64,000 nucleotides of DNA from Macrostomum lignano (GCA_002269645.1 NIVC01000797.1:62001-126000); one strand, 5' to 3'; positions 13,530-25,823 are shown, counted from the stretch's first letter. Numbers and translations: made by a program. The notes: generated by a model not told the origin, from the sequence alone.

Positions 13530-13930
13530 AGCAAGTTTGTCTTTCAGATTAGTCAAAAACTTATCACAATGTCATATTTTTTCCATCAGAATTTACAACA
13601 TATTGTAGGAGTCCTTCTATATTCTGGCATTGTTGCATTGAAGTCAGCCATACCTAATAGACAGTATAGAAAATTTCGTCTGTTGAGTACATCTATTACA
13701 GTTCTTTGCAACCCTATAAGTTCACAAGAACTAATCAGCTATGCTAATGAGCTACTTATAAAATTTGTGTCAACTAGTGTTGCATGGTATAGAAGAATTT
13801 TTCTTTCTTATAATATTCATTGTCTTATTAGTTTAGCAAATTAAGTTGAGCAGCATGATCTACTCGACCACTTTTCTGCTTTCAAGTTTGAAAATCATAT
13901 GAAAATTATTAAAGAAATGATTTGTTTTAA
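13530..13930 (+). mobile_element. Degenerate CACTA/EnSpm-like transposase fragment
   Basis: Translation LLYSGIVALKS...FRLLSTSITVLCNP...ISYANELLIKFV...FLSYNIHCLISLA* followed by LDHFSAFKFENHMKIIK resembles the YNxHxLxHL...FSAFxFEN block of animal EnSpm/CMC transposases. Recognised from memory; needs an HMM search. Interrupted by a stop. Confidence 0.5.
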
Positions 13931-15619
13931 GAATATACCAATGATTGCTGATAGACTTCAAGAATTAGAGCATAGTAAATTGTTTTTAGACAATTATTAA
14001 AAAGTGAAGTCAGTCAAGTTTACAACTTAGCATGCCCTAGGACCTATTCTGGGGTATTTAAAATGTGATTCTATTAATCAGTTCTATTCATTGCATAATG
14101 AAGATAATTTCTTTCTTTATCTCCAAGTGATTTTAATGTTTTAAATAATACTGGTATTTTCTATGATGACTAATGAATTAAACAAAATAACAAAACTAAT
14201 CAAAATTCCCTCATGGTTTGCCAAAGATACAAATACAAAAAGTCCTTTTTGACTATCCTATAGATTTATATAATAAAAATATTTTCGTAGAATATGATTG
14301 AATTATAATCTTACATGTTTACATTCAAGGACAATTTTAAAGAAGTTCTATTGTCTTCTAATAGATTTTAGACTGCTATTTGTCCTTATGCTTTGTTAGA
14401 CAAAAATTCTCCTCTGTACCACAATTTCCTATATCTTTTTATATTAAATTCTTTTTCTTGAAAGGAATATGGAGTATGTGAGTGAAAAGTGGCTTGTTAG
14501 AAGAATATAGTTCAAACGGACAAAATATGGATCTGTAGAAATCAAGCACCTGCAAAATCATCAAGCTGCACCATCTAATGATTAGATACATTGTGTAAAC
14601 TGCTTTCTTGCACACTTGATGAAACCATTGCAAAGCAAAGTTTGCTACAAGCTTTTGAGGGTACTAATGACCTAACTTATAATTTGCAGATCTCTACAAT
14701 CTTATGAGTTGTTTCTACCCAAAAGATTTGCCATAGGAGCTTTTTTCTATAATGAAGATTTGAGAAACTGATCATCATGCTTCTAAAATGGCAAGCTTTA
14801 ATAAGAAGTCAGATGATTCCAACAGAGAACTATTGAGCTTCTTGTTATAGTCATTTCTAGTCTAGTATGTTTCTTTTTTTCTAAATATAATACATTGTTT
14901 TGTTATGTTAAATTATAAAACATTTTATTTCAACATGTTACTATAGCCTTAATAGTTGCCAATACAGTAGACAAGGTGACTCCTAGTCAAAGTATATCAT
15001 TTGCAGCATAGAGAAGTGCTAATATAGCCAACAAGGCAACTCCAAGTCAAAGTGCATTGTTTATAGTACTAACAGGTGCCATTATAGGTACAAACCTTAT
15101 ATTTATTCCTGCTATAGCATCGCCATCACTATTCAGCTTCTATGGACAATAAGGCAAAAAAGCATTTCGCACAACAAGTCTAATCTTGTCTGCTTTTTTG
15201 CAGCCAAACTGTCAGTTAGGAAAAGTAACAATGTTGAAAAATTCCATTGAACTTATGCCCAATTAAAAAAGTAGATTGCATCCTTAATTTGACTTTAGAA
15301 AGTCAAAACAAACATGAAAGTATAAATTTCATTTGTTAATAAAGGAGTTGAATATATAGAAAGTTAAAACCATTCTAATTTTGCTTTGCTAAATCTATTA
15401 TTTAGTACCTTTTCAAGGTATTGGTTTTATACAGAATGAGATCAAGTCCTTGGTTGGCAGAATAAGGGGATAGAACTCCCATTGCCAAAATTTTATTCTG
15501 TGAAATCTATTAGCTAAATCCCATGACCCAAATTTTATCCTATTCTCCAAATGCTATATAGAATATCTTTAAAATGGCATATCTTATATATATTCCTTAT
15601 TTGCATAAATTGACTGCTA

Positions 15620-16190
15620 TCATCCCATCTGAGACTCTCCTATCTTTTGTCTCCTCTTTGCTATCTTTTGTCTCTTCTTTGCTATCTTTTGTCTCCTCTT
15701 TGCTCTCTTATCTCTCATCTTTTCTTTATTATCTTGTTTCTCTCTCCTCTCCTTTAATCTCTAATCACTTATCTTTTCTCTCTTATCTTTTGGCTCTACT
15801 CCCTCTTATAACTTCTCTTCTCTTCTCTCTTCTTTTTTCTTTTTTCCCCTCTATTCTTTTTCTTCCTATTTCTTTCTAGTTCTATTCTCTTTTATTTATA
15901 TTTTCTTCTCTTATCTGATTTCTCCAGTCTTTTATCTATTCTCTATTCTATCTTGTCTTTGCTCTTTTTTTCTCTCTTTTTGTTCTCATGTCTCAAGTTT
16001 ATATTCTTTTTACCTTTTCCTTTTTCATCTTTCTTTTCTTCTCTTTATTGTTTTTTGTTCTTTTTCTCTCTTTATTTTTGCCTTACTCCCCTTTTTCTTC
16101 TCTCTATTATCTTTAATTCATTCTCTCATATCTACTTTCTTTTCTATTATTTCTCATTTTGTCTTTTTTCTTTCTATTCTTTTATCTGAC
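15620..16190. repeat. CT-rich low-complexity tract
   Basis: Pyrimidine-rich strand with a short ctcctctttgctatcttttgt triplication at the start. Confidence 0.8.
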
Positions 16191-16679
16191 TGACTAAAGA
16201 TCTTAATAATAAAACCAATTGAAATTTATCACCTGCCTTTTCTATTACTAAAATTAGGCCTACTTAACTGATAGCTGGCTTGAATGTGTGTAGTATATAC
16301 ATAGGTCTATGCAGAAATGTTCCAAAAGTGAATTTTCTATCAAAATCAAAATTGAAATCAAAATTTGCTACTTTCCAAAATTGGAATTGAAATTTTTCAA
16401 AATAAAATTCAAAAAAACAAAGTTTAGCATGACTAGGCCTAGGCCTAACACTCACTTTTTACAAATTTAGTGCTCACTGCTCATGCAAAACAAAATGCAT
16501 ATATGTATACTATAGCAGAAGTTAGTTTATTTTCAACCACTGAATAGGGGGCCTAAATAGAAGTGCAAATTCAAATTCAAAGTCAAATACAAATGTCAAA
16601 AAAACTTTTTTATATATTTTATGTTGTCTATATATACCCCTTGCTTTTAGGTTATGTATACATATAATGTAATTGATGC

Positions 16680-16950
16680 CTTCTTATTGAATGAGTGCAG
16701 AAGTCAACTATTATAAATTTCAATATAGTTTATGCAACTAGCTTATATAGTGTAGGTACTGTTATTTTTGTGGGTATAACTTTTGTTTTCTAGTATTGAT
16801 TTTTAAAATTAAATAATCAGTCTGTAAATTGTAAAAGAGATTTGCCACTATCAGTTTATAAAATTTTAAATCACATGAAGCTATAGAACAAGAGCTAGGC
16901 CTACAATTAAAATTAATACTATTTGTCTTTTGAGACACCCCTCCCTCATA
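16680..16950. mobile_element. Old solo right-TIR relic related to the mariner at 30519-31497
   Basis: Clear similarity to 31258-31497: gtgcagaagtc..aggtactgtta.ttttgtgggtataacttttgtt..agagatttgcc.ctatcagtt.ataaaattttaaatcaca.gaagctata...gagacacccct. Confidence 0.7.
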
Positions 16951-17435
16951 GTCTAACTTGTAACTGGGATGTTAAAATTTAGAATGCCAAAATTAAAGGG
17001 CCTAGGCCTAATGATTTTTAAGTAGTGTATCAGGGCAGAAACTCACACAAGAAAAACCTAGACTAGCCCTAGCCCCTAGGCCTAGGTCTATGCCTGGTTA
17101 TTAAGCAACTTATTATAAGGGCATCTTGTTAAATTTATGGATTTTAACAGACTAACAGTAACATATTGTAATGGAAATATTGACTATGTCTAGGTATAAT
17201 TCATGCTTGAAGTAATCAGGACCTAGGAATAAAAAAGTGACAGACTCACTAATGAAACTTTAGCAAAAATTAGTTTAATATGAATATTCATTTTACTTTT
17301 ATAATTATATAAATAGTTATTCGCCGAGATTTGAATTTTAACGTCCTTTCTTGTGTCTAAACAGTGGCTTAGCCGTCAGATGTAAATAATACTGGCTTCT
17401 TATTACAGAAGATCACCAAAATTAGTGCAAGGACT

Positions 17436-17748
17436 CAGTGGCGGATCTAGAGTTTCATTTTTGGGGGGGGGGGCGGTCCAAGTTTGGGGCGCCAACACGA
17501 GTGTAAGGGGCGCCAATTTTTAAGCTAGGGGGCGTAAAAAATGTGTGTAGGGGGGCGAAAAATCAAGCTTAGGGGCGCAAAAAGGCGTTTGGGGGCAAAG
17601 AATCAAGTTTAGATAATATTAGGGGACTAAATTAGGGGACGCAAATTTAGGTTTTGGGGGGGGCGCAATATGTTCGGTCAAGCTATTTTTTGGGGGGGGG
17701 GGGCGGTCGCGTCCTCTAAATCCGGTTGCTTCCCTAAATCCGGCCCTG
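17436..17748. mobile_element. hAT-type MITE (313 bp, G-rich interior)
   Basis: Perfect 8-bp TSD caaggact at 17428-17435 and 17749-17756. Imperfect TIRs CAGTGGCGGATCTA / CAGGGCCGGATTTA (11 of 14 match). Confidence 0.85.
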
Positions 17749-18184
17749 CAAGGACTACCTAATTAGAGACTACTATTAGGCCTACAACTAGATCAGTGTT
17801 GTTACTAAAGAAAAAAAATATTTTTTAAAAACTTTAAATTTTAACAAGAAGTAAAACAAATTTATCCAAACAATCTAAGGTATAAAATGTCTTTTTTATT
17901 AGGTTTAGTTAGTATCACTTAAAATTATTGTGCCTCATATTCTTTTACCTTTCCAGTGCAATTAAACGTTGTAAAACTTTAGGTTTTTGACATTTCGGGT
18001 TTATGATATTTTGGTAACCGATCAAAAGGGCGACAGTCAAAGGGAACCCGTCAGTATATTTATTGGAATTTCGAGTTCAGAATTAGACTTGTATTTGTTA
18101 ATGTACATGTACATGTATGAGTGGCGGTCAGGCCGGTGCACGACTGAGAGCGGGGCCCGCCTGTACACCCAGGCCCCCTGCAGC

Positions 18185-18337
18185 TGTTGGGGAGTTTTCC
18201 ACAGCCAGCCAGTTTAATCTGACTCAAACCCTCCTTCTCGTTAAGTATAAATAACTAAGGTTAACAATAAATATACACAAGGTCTCTTTGCTCGCTTGCT
18301 ACACTACATGTAGCTGCCACTCGCAAGCCGCTATACA
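18185..18337 (+). repeat. Putative 5' LTR of the Gypsy element
   Basis: TG...CA-bounded 153-bp segment with tataaa and aataaa, followed by a degenerate PBS-like ttgatgagccc and then gag. No matching 3' LTR in the window. Confidence 0.5.
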
Positions 18338-21300
18338 TTGATGAGCCCTATACGCAGCCATTTCGTGCCAAGGCCCCACAAACCGACTCTGCTGTGTCCC
18401 AGCTGAAACTGCCCACGTTTTGGGCGGTCCAGCCTCGAGCATGGTTCACCCAGGCCGAAGATCAGTTCACCCTGAGAGACAGCACTCAGGACGAAACAAA
18501 GGTACGCCCATCCAGTCGCAGCTCTTGACCAGCAGACAGCAGAGCGTCTGCTCGATGTGCTCGAGGCTCCTCCGGAGGCGAACAAGGTACTAAGCTAAAG
18601 GAGCGCCGCAACAGCACTTTCGATTCAACTCCTCAGCAGCGATCCAGCCGCCTGCTCAGCATGTCCGGCCTATGCGACCGGCGGCCTTCCGAGCTGATGG
18701 ACGAGATGCTCGCCCTGCTCGAGAACGACCGCCCCTGCCTGCTGTTCGAGGAGCTGTTCCGCCAGGCGCCAGCAGCTGCCACCGGAGGTACGCATGGCCA
18801 TGACAACCGGCAGTTTTGCGGACCCCCGGGGCAGCAGCGCAGCAGGCGGACAAGATCTGGGCCAGCCAGCCGAAGCTGTTCGCGGCCTCCGTCCAGCAGC
18901 CGGCGGCAGACCCAGCCCAGCAAGCCCAGCCGGCGGTCTCTGCGGCCAGCAAGGGCGCCAGACAGAGACGGCTCCAGCAACACCGCCCGGACGGCAGCCT
19001 CACCTCGACCTCGGCATCCGGCGCTGCTCCTGGCCGTTCATTCTGGCCGAGGTCTCCGCCCGCTGATCGGCGACGACTTTCTTACGGCACCAAGGCCTGC
19101 TGGTGGACCTGTCGCACCAGCGCCTCCTGGACGCCCGCTCGCTCGCCAGCGTGCACCTGCTTGACGGCGCGGGGCCCAGACTGCAGCTCGCCGCAGCCGC
19201 CGCTGCGGACCCGTACAGCCAGCTGCTGGCCGAGTTCCCCGCCCTCACCGAGCCGTTCCAGCGGGCTCATCCAGCCCACGACAACATGGGGTGAAGCATC
19301 ACATCCCGACGCAGGGCCCGCCGGTCCACGCCCGCCCTAGCTCGCCGCCTGCCGCTGCAGCTGGCGGTGGCCAAGGAGGAGTGCCGGCTCCTGGAGCAGC
19401 TCGGCATCGAGCGCCGGTCCAACAGCCCTTGGTCCTCGCCGTTGCACATGGTTGCATCCGGCGGCTGGCGGCCCTGCGGCGATTACAGGCGGCTCATCGA
19501 CGCCACGGTGCCCGACCGCTACTCGCGGTGCCGCACATCCAGGACTTCTCAGCGCGCCTGGCCGGCTGCTTGGTCTTCTCCAAGATCGATTTCGTGCGTG
19601 GCTACCACCAGGTGCCTGTGGCCGTAGTTGACGTGCCCAAGACCGCTGTCACCACCTCGTTCGGCCTCCTCGAGGTCCTGCGAATGCCGTTCGGCCTCAA
19701 AAACGTCAACCAGGCCTTCCAGACTTCGTTTTCGCCTACATCAACGACTTCTTGGTCGCTAGCCGCAGCCCGCAGCAGCACATAGTGCACCTGCGGACGC
19801 TGTTCCAGCGCCTGGCCGAGAACGACCTTATCGTCAACCCGGCCAAGTGCGAGTTCGGCCGCAGCGAGATCGACTTCCTCGGCCACCGGATCAGCGCCCA
19901 GGGGGCCGTGCCGCTGCCAGCCAAAGTCGACGCCATCGCTATGTTCGCACCGCCAGCCACCGTCAAGAGCCGCCGGCATGGTGAATTTTTAGCACCGCTT
20001 CGTGCCGCGCGCAGCCCAGCTGCTGCGCCCCATCCATGCGGCCATGGCCGGCAAAGAGAAGTTCATCCGGTGGACGCCCAAGCTTACCGCCGCTTTCGAC
20101 GGAGCGAAGCGAGTGCTGGCCTCTGCCGCCATGCTGGCGCACCCGTGGCCATACGACGCCTCCGATACCGCAGTCGGCGCGGCGCTCAAGCAGCGGGTTG
20201 GTAGCCTTGTTCGCCCTGTACCTGGCGGTCTGGCACTTTCACTATTTTCTCGAGGGCCGCGCGTTTACCGCTTTCACGGACCACAAGCCGCAGGTCGCCG
20301 CCATGTCCAAGACATCTGACCCGTGGTCCGCCAGACAGCAGCGCCACCTGGCCTACGTGTCCGAGTTCACCACGGACATCCAGCACGTGGCGGGCAAGGA
20401 TAACTCGGTCGCAGACGCGCTGTCCCGCTGCACGGTCTCTTCGGTGCAGCCCCGGCTGCTCCCCGGCGTGGATTTCGCGGCAATGGCGCAGGCGCAGGCC
20501 AGTCAGGCCGACGCCAGCCTCCAACTTGAGCCGCTGCAGCTCAGCCCCGGTGTCGACCTGCGTTGCGACATCTCCACGGGCCGGCCGCGCCCGTTGGTGC
20601 CGCCGAATTTCCGACGCTCCGTTTTTGACGCTTCCACGGTCTCGCCCACCCGTCCGTCCGCAGCACGAGGCGCCTCGTGGCCGCCAAGTTCGTGTGGGCC
20701 GGCATGAGCAAGGACGTCAGCCGTTGAGCTCGGTCCAGTGTCGCCTCCGCTGGCCAAGGTGCAGCGGCACGTCGCCGCCCCGGTTGGCAACATCCGCGTT
20801 CCGGACTGGCCGCACCGACCTGGTGGGGCCGCTGCCGCCTTCGCAAGGCTTCACACACCTGCTGACCATCGTGGACCGTTTCACCCGGTGGCCGGAGGCG
20901 AATTCGATGACCGACACCTCCGCGGCCGCGTGCGCCTCCGCCTTCATCGCCGATTGGATCGCCAGGTTTGGCGTGCCGAGCGGAATCACATCGCCGGATC
21001 GAGCCGGATCGCGGCTCGCAGTTCACGTCGCAGCTGTGGTCCAACGTCTCACGACTCCTCGGAATGCAGCTCCACCGGACAACGGCTTTCCATCCGCAGG
21101 CGAACAGGCTGATCGAACGATTCCACCGGCAGCTGAAGGCCTCCCTCATGGCGCGACTGGCCGCACCAGCCTGGGTCAGCGAGCTGCCCTGGGTGCTGCT
21201 CGGCATCCGGACGGCCCCCCGAGGAGAACCTGCTGGCATCGTCGGCCGAGCTGGTCTACGGTGCGCCCCTCTGCGTGCCCGGCGAGTGCCTGCACCCAGC

Positions 21301-21625
21301 CCGCCGGCCGTCGACCACGACCAGTTCCTCGCCCGGCTCCGCGGTGCCGTCCAGGCATTCCGGCCGACGCCGACGTCCCGTCACAGCAGCCGCCCCACCG
21401 CCTGGCCCGCCGCCCTCGACGCCTGCCAGTTCATCTTCATCCGGCGCGATGGCCACCGCCCCCCGCTGCAGCGACCTTACGACGGCCCGTTCAAGGTCCT
21501 CGAGCGGGACACCAAAGCTTTAATTCCTGCTGGATTTGGGCACTCGCCGCGACTGGGTGTCAGTGGAGAGGCTGAAGCCAGCCGTCATCGACGCGAACGA
21601 CCCTGTACCGACGCTGGCTCTGCGA
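18185..21625 (+). mobile_element. Decayed Ty3/Gypsy LTR retrotransposon (gag-RT-RNaseH-integrase, many frameshifts)
   Basis: Gag LKLPTFWAVQPRAWFTQAE and [57 protein letters not shown] (mutated YxDD), KCEFGRSEIDFLGH. RNaseH DASDTAVGA, FTDHKP. Integrase DLVGPLPPSQGFTHLLTIVDRFTRWPEA, DRGSQFTS, HPQANRLIERFHR. Order RT-RH-INT indicates Gypsy. Confidence 0.95.
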
Positions 21626-21735
21626 CCGAGAGTATTGGGAACATATAGTGTATTTTTGTGTATTGATTATTATTTAATCACTAGTTGTAATAAATTTAGG
21701 TATGTATATTTACAATTGATTATTACTTTTTTTAC

Positions 21736-21835
21736 CGTATGATTCCAAGAATTCGTTTGGTATTTAAACCGCGGGTAGAATTCAATTTTGTACTTCTTTT
21801 TTCCCGTCGTTTCGCGCCGCCTCCTGATTGGTCCA
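21736..21835 (-). promoter_or_regulatory. Candidate promoter and 5' non-coding exon of RAD54L2
   Basis: E2F-consensus TTTCGCGC (21810-21817), CCAAT on the minus strand (21827-21831) and a minus-strand donor G|GTAAA at 21735. Would pair with the acceptor at 13241 upstream of ATG 13162. Inference only. Confidence 0.25.
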
Positions 21836-22560
21836 AGTCGTATTTCTATTAGTCAGTCATAATATTTATTCCTTTAGTTCAACCAATTTAGATATATAGA
21901 ATATCAAAGTATCAAATCGTTAAATAAAAATAAATATACTCGTAAATAATTGGCCGTCTGAACGTGAACTAATAAACCGCTACACCAAAGCTTTTTGCAT
22001 ATATGGTAGACTTGTGCAGTGTATGGTTTTGTAGGTAGACAAAGATAAATTTTTCACGAGTGGCGAAGCCACGAGAGTGACTGAAATTAATCATTGACAA
22101 AACCATATATCCACAAGCACATTGTCTCATGAATGTATTTTTAGTGGCTTTGAATAAAATGGTTTTGAAACGTTGAATATGAGCGTACAGTATACTACAC
22201 ATGTATGTATTTTTTCAAAGACCTATAATTTCACATCATACATATACTTCTCAGCTAGCTAACTACCCAAAATATTTTAATTTCATGGTTGCTCTGCAGA
22301 CCCCTTTTGGCCATAGACAATGAAAATAAAAGTGTTCAACAGCTTGATTCTCACACCCTAGGGGTTAAACTGCTTGCTCCTTGGGCTCAATTTGGTTTGG
22401 AAAGTGCATGCAAATGCAATATTTGCTACAATTTATTGATCTATCGTCTTTTTCTACAAAAGAATCCGTGGAAAATATGTTATACTCGTAGTTTCACTGG
22501 TCTGGAATTGACACTTCGATAACAATTTCTTCACAGATTATTATTTTGCAAATTCGGAAA

Positions 22561-24803
22561 ATGAAAACAGCGTGTCTCCATCAGGTGCTGCTGCTCCTAC
22601 CGCTCGTGGAGTTAATTCTGCTGACGATTGTTGGTGAGCAGGCAAATTCGATCAGTGCAGGTCCCTACTGCTTCTGAAAGCAGAGTTAACACACAAATAT
22701 ACGTACAGGGCACATGCACTATTTAGTCTGCAGATAGGGTGATTTTCAGAACTATTAGAGTACTATAGTCACGATATATACTACGAGAGCAGCTATACCA
22801 GTCACAAATGTACAAATCATAAGCTGACTAACCTACCCTAATACTTAAAAGTTAATGTACATTACTTTCATTACCGCCGTTAAAGCTTCTAACCATGGGT
22901 ACTAATTTACTTTTAACATAATCGTTTAAAACATTCGAAACATAAGAGACATGCGAAAAATGATCAAGCAGTGTACTTACATATGTAACGCACCTCCTAT
23001 AAATAATAATTAAACATTGTATTTATACAGCCGCTGAAGGTACCACTGAAGCCACCATCTGGAACTAGATGAATTACCTGTGTCATCTTATGCATGAAAG
23101 TTTAGCAGTAGACAACTGGCAATTCGAAAATGCTCTCAGTCGCGCTTTCGCGTCAGATCGGTCACATCCGGTTTTAAAAACATTGCTTTAGGTAAACCCT
23201 CACTGTACTATATTATAATAGGTCTGTATCGGCCCTAGCTACTTATGAATACGAGAAATCTCAAATGGGATACCGCATACCAGTGACAATTGACTGTCAG
23301 TGACAATTGACTGTCAGTAACAATTGACTGTCAGTGACATTTGACTGTCAGTGACATTTGACTGTCAGTGACAATTGACTGTCAGTGACAATTGACTGTC
23401 AGTGACAATTGATTGTCAGTGACAATTGACTGTCAGTGACAATTGACTGTCAGTGACAATTGACTGTCAGTGACATTTGACTGTCAGTGACAATTAACTG
23501 TCAGTGACAATTGACTGTCAGTGGCATTTGACTGTCAGTGACAATTGACTGTCAGTAACATTTGACTGTCAGTAACATTTGACTGTCAGTGACATTTGAC
23601 TGTCAGTAACATTTGACTGTCAGTGACATTTGACTGTCAGTGACATTTGACTGTCAGTGACATTTGACTTCCAGTGAAATTTGACTGCCAGCAATGTGAC
23701 TCCTATGAATGGCGCAGCTGCTTCCTTATTTTGGCGCTGAAGCACTTCGTCAGGGTATGGGGGGTCGAACCTCGCAAGAAATTTCTAGATCATCCACGCC
23801 TTCAGGGCGTCAAATCTTACCTGCGACACAAGAAAGTGCATGGTGTACTATTTAAAATCCCGCTCGTGGGCACTGATAAGCGCCAAACTCTCTACGTAAG
23901 CTGTGGCGCCAGTTACGGTGTTATAAGCTCGCCTGCAGCGCTAAAATCTCAATGAAGTGATAAAATGATCCCTGATGAAGGAAAGCAGTTGAACCCTTCC
24001 CAAGAGAAAGCTAAATCCGCGTCCCTGCATGTGACCCCTGGCTGACGTGAACCCTCCCGCAGACAAAAGTACATGCACAAGCACATGCCACTTTTATAGT
24101 CTATAGTTGACGCTACAATTGCGACATTAAAAGTTGAGATAGTGAAATTTTTCAGAAAGAGATGAAATTCACAGAGAAAGTTACAGGAGGGCTGTGTGGG
24201 CACCCTGTCGCAAAGGACTTGGGGGTTGCCACACACAGCCTCAATTACCTCAGCTAATGCTGGCACTCATTTTACAGCTGCATGGGTGAACTGAAGCAAT
24301 GCAGAGTTAAGTGTCTTGCTCAGGGACACAAATTGTTCCGAGTGGGTCGAGAATCGAACCCCCGACCTTTCAGCCGTGATTCGGACGCTCTAACCTCAAG
24401 ACTACGACCACCGGATTGATGATCAACATGTAGCTGCTACTACAATAGTAGCATAGTTTGCGTGTTTTGGCATAAAAATTCAGAAAATTTCTCCCTATGT
24501 GCGTAAGAAAGGCGAGAGAGATGATCGACTGAACTGTACTTAACCACGCATTTGTGTGCCGTTTCGTACTTTCTAGCTGAAGGCCACCCGCTGATTGACC
24601 TCCGCAAAGTGTCATGCAAGCCGTATGAGCAAATCTACTGCGCAAACGGCGGCAGCTGCACCGTGACGGTGATCTGGTCGCTGCTGTTCAGCCGAATCGT
24701 AAAGCGAATCGACCGGCCGACCTGCGAGTGTCCGATTGGCTACAGCGGCTACAACTGCGACATCCCAGAGCTGCCGCCTTACCTACTCTCGTACTTGCAT
24801 TAG
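22561..24803 (+). CDS. Small secreted single-EGF-like-domain protein, 2 exons, 99 aa
   Basis: Exon 22561-22633 (MKTACLHQVLLLLPLVELILLTIV, donor G|GTGAG, phase 1) plus exon 24577-24803 (acceptor tttctag|, phase 1) gives ...AEGHPLIDLRKVSCKPYEQIYCANGGSCTVTVIWSLLFSRIVKRIDRPTCECPIGYSGYNCDIPELPPYLLSYLH*. Hydrophobic signal peptide; C-x7-C-x5-C-x21-CxC-x8-C; AATAAA at 24898-24903. Confidence 0.8.
23281..23685. repeat. 17-bp minisatellite (cagtgacaattgactgt) in the EGF-like gene intron
   Basis: About 23 units, direct reading. Confidence 0.95.
24180..24412 (-). mobile_element. tRNA-derived SINE fragment
   Basis: Minus strand: A-box-like tagtcttgagg, B-box GGTTCGATTC (24360-24351), then gtgtccctgagcaagacacttaac...cagctgtaaaatgagt, a CORE-like central domain typical of SINE2 families. 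The 3' boundary is uncertain. Confidence 0.6.
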
Positions 24804-25823
24804 ACAGAGTTGCAATGTGGAATTAAATCGATTATTAGTGATATACATAAAGTAGGCGACTATGTACGCGTTTCAAAGTTGGCCTTTCTTTTTGAGAAAT
24901 AAAAAACTGTTTCAAGTTCTGCTTTTACGATTTGTCAATATTGCTGTCGTTTGCTGTTGAAGTCGCTGATTCTTTTACGGTGGAGCGATACGTGATGCCA
25001 TTTTTTTCTCGAGCTGCGGATGCTGCGAGAATTTCTCTCCTTCTCAAACCGGCCCCCTAATTTATACTTATGCAGCAACATTGAAAAGTCGCCACTCTTT
25101 GCGCCAGTGAGCAATTTCTCTTGGACTATTCTGAAATAAAAGATGCGAGAAAACTGATCGGGGCAGCTTTAACAGTAGAACTACCAAGAGGGGAGGGGGA
25201 ATCCCGGGGGGAAATGTTTTCTGCTGCGCCGTATTGAGCAACGCAGGCACACGAAATTCAAGAATATGCGCTAAATTTTTGTTGCGCACCTTCTCAAACA
25301 AGAATCAAGTCGCCAGCCCTCCGGACCGTCGAGATATTCGACGATTCTGCCAGAAGGTCGCATTTTTCCCATAAGCGCTAGTGTATTCAGTACACCCCTG
25401 TGCGCCAATCAGCACTGCGCCTCAGCGCAGCCTTGCCAAGCCTCTAAATTTCATCAGCACGTCGATCACATGTGTCATCAGCTGTGACTTCGTTCGTCAC
25501 TAGCCTTCACCCAAGCGGAGCTTGTGGACCTTCAACAGGTGGCACCAGGTGACTATGGACAGCCTGATGCGAATTTCTCTAGTTTCGCCGATCAAGCCTC
25601 GACAGTGGGCAAGCCTTACTGCTGGACATCCTCAGCTAGTCTTTCAAGCATTCCGTCATCACCCCGACGCCGTCGGCTCCTTCAACAGGAGGCACCAGGT
25701 GACTTATGAAGATCCTGTTGCAACTATGTCAGATTTTTCTTATCAAGCTTCAATAATGGGCAAACTTTAACTCCTGGTCATTCTCAGCTAGACTCTCAAA
25801 CAGCCTATCAACACCCGACGTAA

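Noticed and set aside
14400-15300. Additional transposase-like fragments on the minus strand
   Set aside because: Too many stops and no motif I could identify with confidence.
18331-21575. Numerous overlapping GC-rich ORFs as independent genes
   Set aside because: They are frameshifted pieces or alternative frames of the Gypsy gag-pol.
24340-24412. tRNA gene
   Set aside because: A and B boxes are present, but I could not fold a full cloverleaf and it continues into a SINE-type body.
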